Source of the DNA: Octopus vulgaris
Lineage: Eukaryota
Direction of reading: 5' to 3'
Assembly (NCBI GenBank): GCA_951406725.2
Contig: OX597818.1
Coordinates: forward strand, 64,418,001 to 64,482,000
Length of the DNA stretch: 64,000 nt
A model generated the notes under the pieces. It worked only from the letters and a program-made list of their open reading frames with translations, did not search any database and was not told where the DNA came from. Position numbers and translations under genes: made by a program. Positions 58,805 through 64,000 of this stretch are shown in pieces (within the stretch, counting starts at the first letter, position 1; each line of letters begins with the position of its first letter).

Positions 58805-60050
58805 CGAGGGACGTTCAATAAGTAATGCCTCTGACCCACTTGCTCTAGCTGAAATTTTGATGTGCAATCATTTATATCTCTATAGAGTAAGTGGCAAATT
58901 ACAGCTCTGAATTAATTGTGGTTTCTGATTTACAGGTGTTTGAACCGAGTCAAGTGTGAAATGGAGCCTGTTGAGTGTCGAGCAGTGATCCGGTTTTTGT
59001 ATTTGAAATGACGCACACGACGGGAGACTTTTGATGAAATGAAAGTAACTTATGGTGATGACGCCCCATCATATGACCTTGTAAAACGCTGGCATCGTGA
59101 ATTCAAACATGGTCAGAACTCTGTGGAAACAGCTCCCAGATCTGGTCGCCCCTTCTGCCATTGATGAGGCATCTGTCCGTCAAGTTGAGGCTGCCATTTT
59201 GGAAGATCGACGCATAATTATTCGCCAAATAGCCCATGAGATCAAGATTAGTACCGGGTCTGTGGAAACTATCATTCATGACCATTTGCATATGCAAAAG
59301 GTGTTTGCCAGATGGATTCCCAGGTTGCTCACGCCTTTCCTGAAGCAAGAACGCGTCGAGTGCTCGAGGGTGAATTTGGAGATGTGCCAAGAAGATGAGT
59401 CAAAATTTTTCAAAAGACTGATTACACAGGATGAAACCTGGGTCCATCACGATGATCCAGAGACCAAAGCCCAGTCAATGCAGTGGAAGCACCGTGACTC
59501 ACCCCCTCCAAAGAATGCAAGGGTGCAGCCCTCCGCTGGCAAGGTCATGCTCACAGTCTTCTGGGGCCAGGACGGGGTAGTGATGACAGATTTCCTGGCA
59601 AAGGGTACCACAATTGCAGGAGACTATTATGCTTCACGTTTGAGGAAATTAAGAGAAGCTATCAAAATCAAGAGGCGGGATAACGCTCCGGTCCACAACT
59701 CGCTTGTCGCCAGATCAGAAGCACAGGCGTATGGCTATGAACTCCTCCCCCACTACCCTACTTTCCTGACCTTGCACCCTTTGATTTTCACCTCTTCCCA
59801 GTCATGAAGTTGTTTTTGAAAGGAAAGCGTTTCCCAGATGATGCAGCCTTGATTTCTGAAGTCACGTTCAGGTTGGAGGACCAAGCTGGGGTCTTCTACA
59901 AAAACGGTCTCCAGAGCTGCATCAAGCAATGGGAGAAATGCGTAACTCTGGGTGGTTCCTATGTAGAAAAAGACTAATAACTGTACCAAGTTCCGTTGCT
60001 CTACTGCTATGGGAAGTGGGTCAGGGGCATTACATATTGAACGCCCCTCG
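58805..60050 (+). mobile_element. Mariner element, near full length, inactive
   Basis: TIRs CGAGGGACGTTCAATAAGTAATGCCTCTGACCCACTT / AAGTGGGTCAGGGGCATTACATATTGAACGCCCCTCG; TA on the left flank, TG on the right. Confidence 0.95.
58961..59977 (+). pseudogene. Mariner (DD34D-type) transposase pseudogene
   Basis: Starts MEPVECRAVIRFLYLK* (stop 59009-59011). Motifs PRSGRP, WIPRLL, TQDETW, DNAPVH, PDLAPFDFHLF and end GGSYVEKD*. Frameshifts and a deletion before DNAPVH. Confidence 0.93.
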
Positions 60051-60185
60051 TGCACAAATATATGTAACGTATTATTTTATAAATAAATTTCCTCTGTTTA
60101 CATAATATTGAGGTCTCATTCTTTCTTTTGTTATCTTACCGTTTTTACCAATATATATATAGAGATATATATATATATCTATCTA

Positions 60186-60234
<49 letters not shown>

Positions 60235-60779
60235 GTATATATATCTTTTAGATATATTAACTCCATAATATATACAGCTGACATACTATACATGATATAT
60301 ATATATATTATATATTATATTATATCATATATGAAAATTAAATATCTTTCAACGAAAGGTTAGTGCAGGCCATGTCTAACGTAATAACACCACCTATTAG
60401 GATTATCTAAATAGCTGTACCATTTGAAAAGGAAATGCTGCAAATAAGTTGAATAGTTGGCAACACGCATATAGTCAGGCGAATGTATGTGTATATTTGT
60501 ATGTGTATGTATGTATGTATGTATGTATTCATGTTTGTATGTATTCTTGTATGTATATATGTAGCTGCCCATCTGTGTGAGTGTGCGCACGTGTATGTGT
60601 GTTTCTGTGTGTGTGTGCGTGTATTATCCTATTCTTTTATTTGTCTTACCGGTTTCAGCTCGAAGAGGGGTCATGCTGGGGTATCGCTTTTCAGTATTTT
60701 TGTGTCTCCTTTTTATATTGTTTCTCTTCTGAAGAACAGATTTAGAGGGTGCTGATCTTCTTTATGCCTCCTGCTATGA

Positions 60780-61150
60780 TGGGGGCTAACTTGGAATTTC
60801 AGAAAGAAATTTGTCCTGGTGCCTTATGAACCTTTTCATATCCACGAAATGTAGATCTGTTAGATTTCTTGGCAGGATGTTGTCAGTAGAAGCCAAAGCG
60901 ATAGCAATACTGGGACCTTATATGAGATGAAGAAGACAGTATGGTGGGTATATTTCAACGCGGTCCAGTTCAGTGGTTGTTATAGATTTTCATTACACAC
61001 TTGGCAACTAGACCTCCTACTGCCTACTTTTCTTGCCTTTTCTCCAAGGAGTAGATATTCAGTTCTTGTTACCTCTCCAAGTAGCTCTTCTGTTGCATCA
61101 AGTCAAACTTATTTTCGTAGTGACCTAAAGTGCTGCAATGGCTTTGGCGC
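60780..61150 (-). mobile_element. Degenerate CR1-like LINE ORF2 C-terminal fragment
   Basis: Minus-strand pieces QELNIYSLEKRQEK and NILPRNLTDLHFVDMKRFIRHQDKFLSEIP. Confidence 0.62.
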
Positions 61151-61166
61151 TATACGGCGACAATAG

Positions 61167-61218
<52 letters not shown>

Positions 61219-61329
61219 ACATCCTCTCGTCTCCATCTTTAACTTTTTGTTGTGTTTTCTATAGGATACTTGTTATATAATTCTGAAAACACAGCTTATC
61301 CATGTAGCCTTTTCATATTCGCAAAATTT

Positions 61330-61770
61330 TTACAGCAGTATGCTAACTATGAAATATGAAGAATCTATATTAGGAATTGAACTTTGGAAAACTCCAAAGT
61401 AAAGGATGACCACACTATAAGCTTCATAATTCATACAAGTTTATGAACTTGGGCCATACAACCCCAACTCATAACACATAAATACACTGCGACACAATTT
61501 CATTTCCTCAACAGGCCCTGCCCTATTAAACATATTCCTAAAACAGATCAAAGAGGCAAAGAATCCCATTAGCTTTACATGGAATCGCGACAAATTTCTT
61601 CAAGGTATAACAGACAATCCAACTATACCTCAGACAACAAGAACTCCCTACTCGAAAGGGCCATGTTACCACAAAACTTGACTTTAAAAGGATTTAGAAA
61701 ATCCTAAAAGGTGGTGTTATTACGTTAGACATGGCCTGCACCAACCTTTGGCCAAAACATATTTAAGTTT
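61330..61770 (+). mobile_element. Degenerate CR1-like LINE 3' end
   Basis: TLRHNFISSTGPALLNIFLKQIKEAKNPISFTWNRDKFLQGITDNP followed by a 3' UTR-like segment. Confidence 0.62.
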
Positions 61771-62007
61771 TATATATCATATAATATAATATAACTTATA
61801 TATAATGTGATATATAATAAATATTTATTTCATGTATAGTATGTCTGCTATATATTATGGATTTAATATATATAAAAATATACATACATACATATATATA
61901 TGTATATAATCATGGGAAGAGAGGGGAGATAGAATGAGCGAGAAAAAGACAAGCAGGCAGAGAGTCAGACTACCCTATGAACATGCGTATCGATCAAAAT
62001 GTATATG

Positions 62008-62422
<415 letters not shown>

Positions 62423-62755
62423 CATTGAAAACACAGTTATAATGAACACCGCCCATCAAACAAAAATAATACATAGAGAAATCGTTACCTAATTGGAAAT
62501 CATTAATTAGAAATTTTATCTTCGTTCAAGCTTTGATAACGTTTTTTGGCAAATTATCTAATTGGTGACGTCAGACATGTATGTAAATTTGCTAAAAGTA
62601 GAAATATGGAAACCACATTTTCGAACATTCTTCTTGTCAACTAACTATGTATCTGATCTGAGTTTCCATACTATTACAACGGTTTGATATATATATATAT
62701 ATAGATGGATAGATAGATAGATAGATAGATATAGACAGATACACACAAACACACG

Positions 62756-62814
<59 letters not shown>

Positions 62815-62821
62815 TGATGTG

Positions 62822-62854
<33 letters not shown>

Positions 62855-62856
<2 letters not shown>

Positions 62857-63095
62857 TGTCTATAATTTCACCTCAGACCTACGGCCGTTTTTCTACACTG
62901 TTATTATTGACAGCCTCCTATGATATTGCTGTGGGGTCGCCCTAGGGAAAAAAGTTACAATATCTTATCCGATGACACTCCCGGACCTTAAGTAAGGCAT
63001 GTGTAAAATTTGAATGAAATTGGTTGTGTAGTTCTCGAGTTTTAGGGAAACACACAGACAGACACACATTCTCAGTTTTATATATATATATATAT
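62855..63095 (+). mobile_element. Possible non-autonomous Helitron-type remnant
   Basis: 3' part AAATTTGAATGAAATTGGTTGTGTAGTT...ACAGACAGACA...TTTTATATAT resembles the ends of Lep1/HINE-like elements. Confidence 0.45.
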
Positions 63096-63099
63096 ATAA

Positions 63100-63443
63100 T
63101 TAATCAATATAGGGTGGCAAAAAAATTTTGTAGAATTCTTTTGCCACCAGCGGCCTAGTAGGAAAAAAATTAAATAGTCATAAACCATTTTTAAGTTCAA
63201 CATCACAATCAAGGAACGGCCATAATAGGCCATTCACCCACTAGAAATAACAGCCAAAAGCTTCAACCGCAAAATAACATCAATTCCGTAAACCAGGAGA
63301 AAATTAAAAACAGGAGAAAATTAAAAACATTTACGTTTTTAATTTTCTCCTGGTTTACGGAATTGATGTTATTTTGCGGTTGAAGCTTTTGGCTGTTATT
63401 TCTAGTGGGTGAATGGCCTATTATGGCCGTTCCTTGATTGTGA

Positions 63444-63445
<2 letters not shown>
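63100..63445 (-). mobile_element. Fold-back element between (TA)n tracts, no hammerhead core retained
   Basis: 111-bp perfect inverted arms 63201-63311 / 63335-63445; 17-bp duplication at the apex; unique tail on one side. Confidence 0.7.
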
Positions 63446-63494
<49 letters not shown>

Positions 63495-63577
63495 CACCCC
63501 CATACATGTAAATATGTACATGTTTTTGCTTGTATATGTTTTTCTACGTATATATATGTATATATTTGTACACATAC

Positions 63578-63643
<66 letters not shown>

Positions 63644-64000
63644 CCACACATGTACATATATATGTGTATATATATGTGTGTTTGTATGTATATTACGCAC
63701 CTGCCATTCAAATGCGCATCCATCTTCAAAACATTACATTTGACATACCGTTGTCAGTGCTACCATTAATAGTTGAATGTATATTGTCAGTATTATTTAA
63801 TCAATCTTGTATATAGAATTACTAAAATTATTATTGTCTGCATATGATATTAGTGTGTTGAGATATACCTCTTCGTAATATTAATACACTTCTATATACA
63901 ATAAATCATTTACTGTTATATATCATACGTGCAGATCCTTCCGATTAGTGAATAAAATATTATTCGTATTCCTACAGGAATATCGATGCCATCTCTGCTG

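Noticed and set aside
59097-59807. 236-aa ORF as an active transposase
   Set aside because: Only an internal in-frame piece; the upstream stop, frameshifts and deletion make it a pseudogene.

Overview
AT-rich, microsatellite-saturated eukaryotic DNA with no host protein-coding gene that I can recognise. The tRNA-headed SINE families and repeat style point to an octopus (coleoid cephalopod) intron or intergenic region; this is inference. Almost all ORFs in the track are artefacts of (TA)n, (CA)n or (TATC)n repeats. Recognisable content: many SINE copies (four families), a full-length but dead mariner (58805-60050), a mariner deletion derivative, a Chapaev3-like element, Tc1, Tigger and Helitron-like remnants, a TIR MITE containing TTAGGG, and 3' ends of CR1-like and R4/Dong-like LINEs. 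The notable signal is a set of short, non-coding elements in or beside (TA)n tracts. They carry type I hammerhead ribozyme motifs with short palindromic stem III, and most are built as fold-back inverted repeats. At least five sequence families are present. One element has three intact hammerheads in tandem (33634-33892), and one is a ~760-bp palindrome with an intact hammerhead on each strand (36224-36982). This fits a non-autonomous Penelope-like or retrozyme-like system targeting (TA)n. Coordinates were read by eye; ends of degenerate repeats are approximate.
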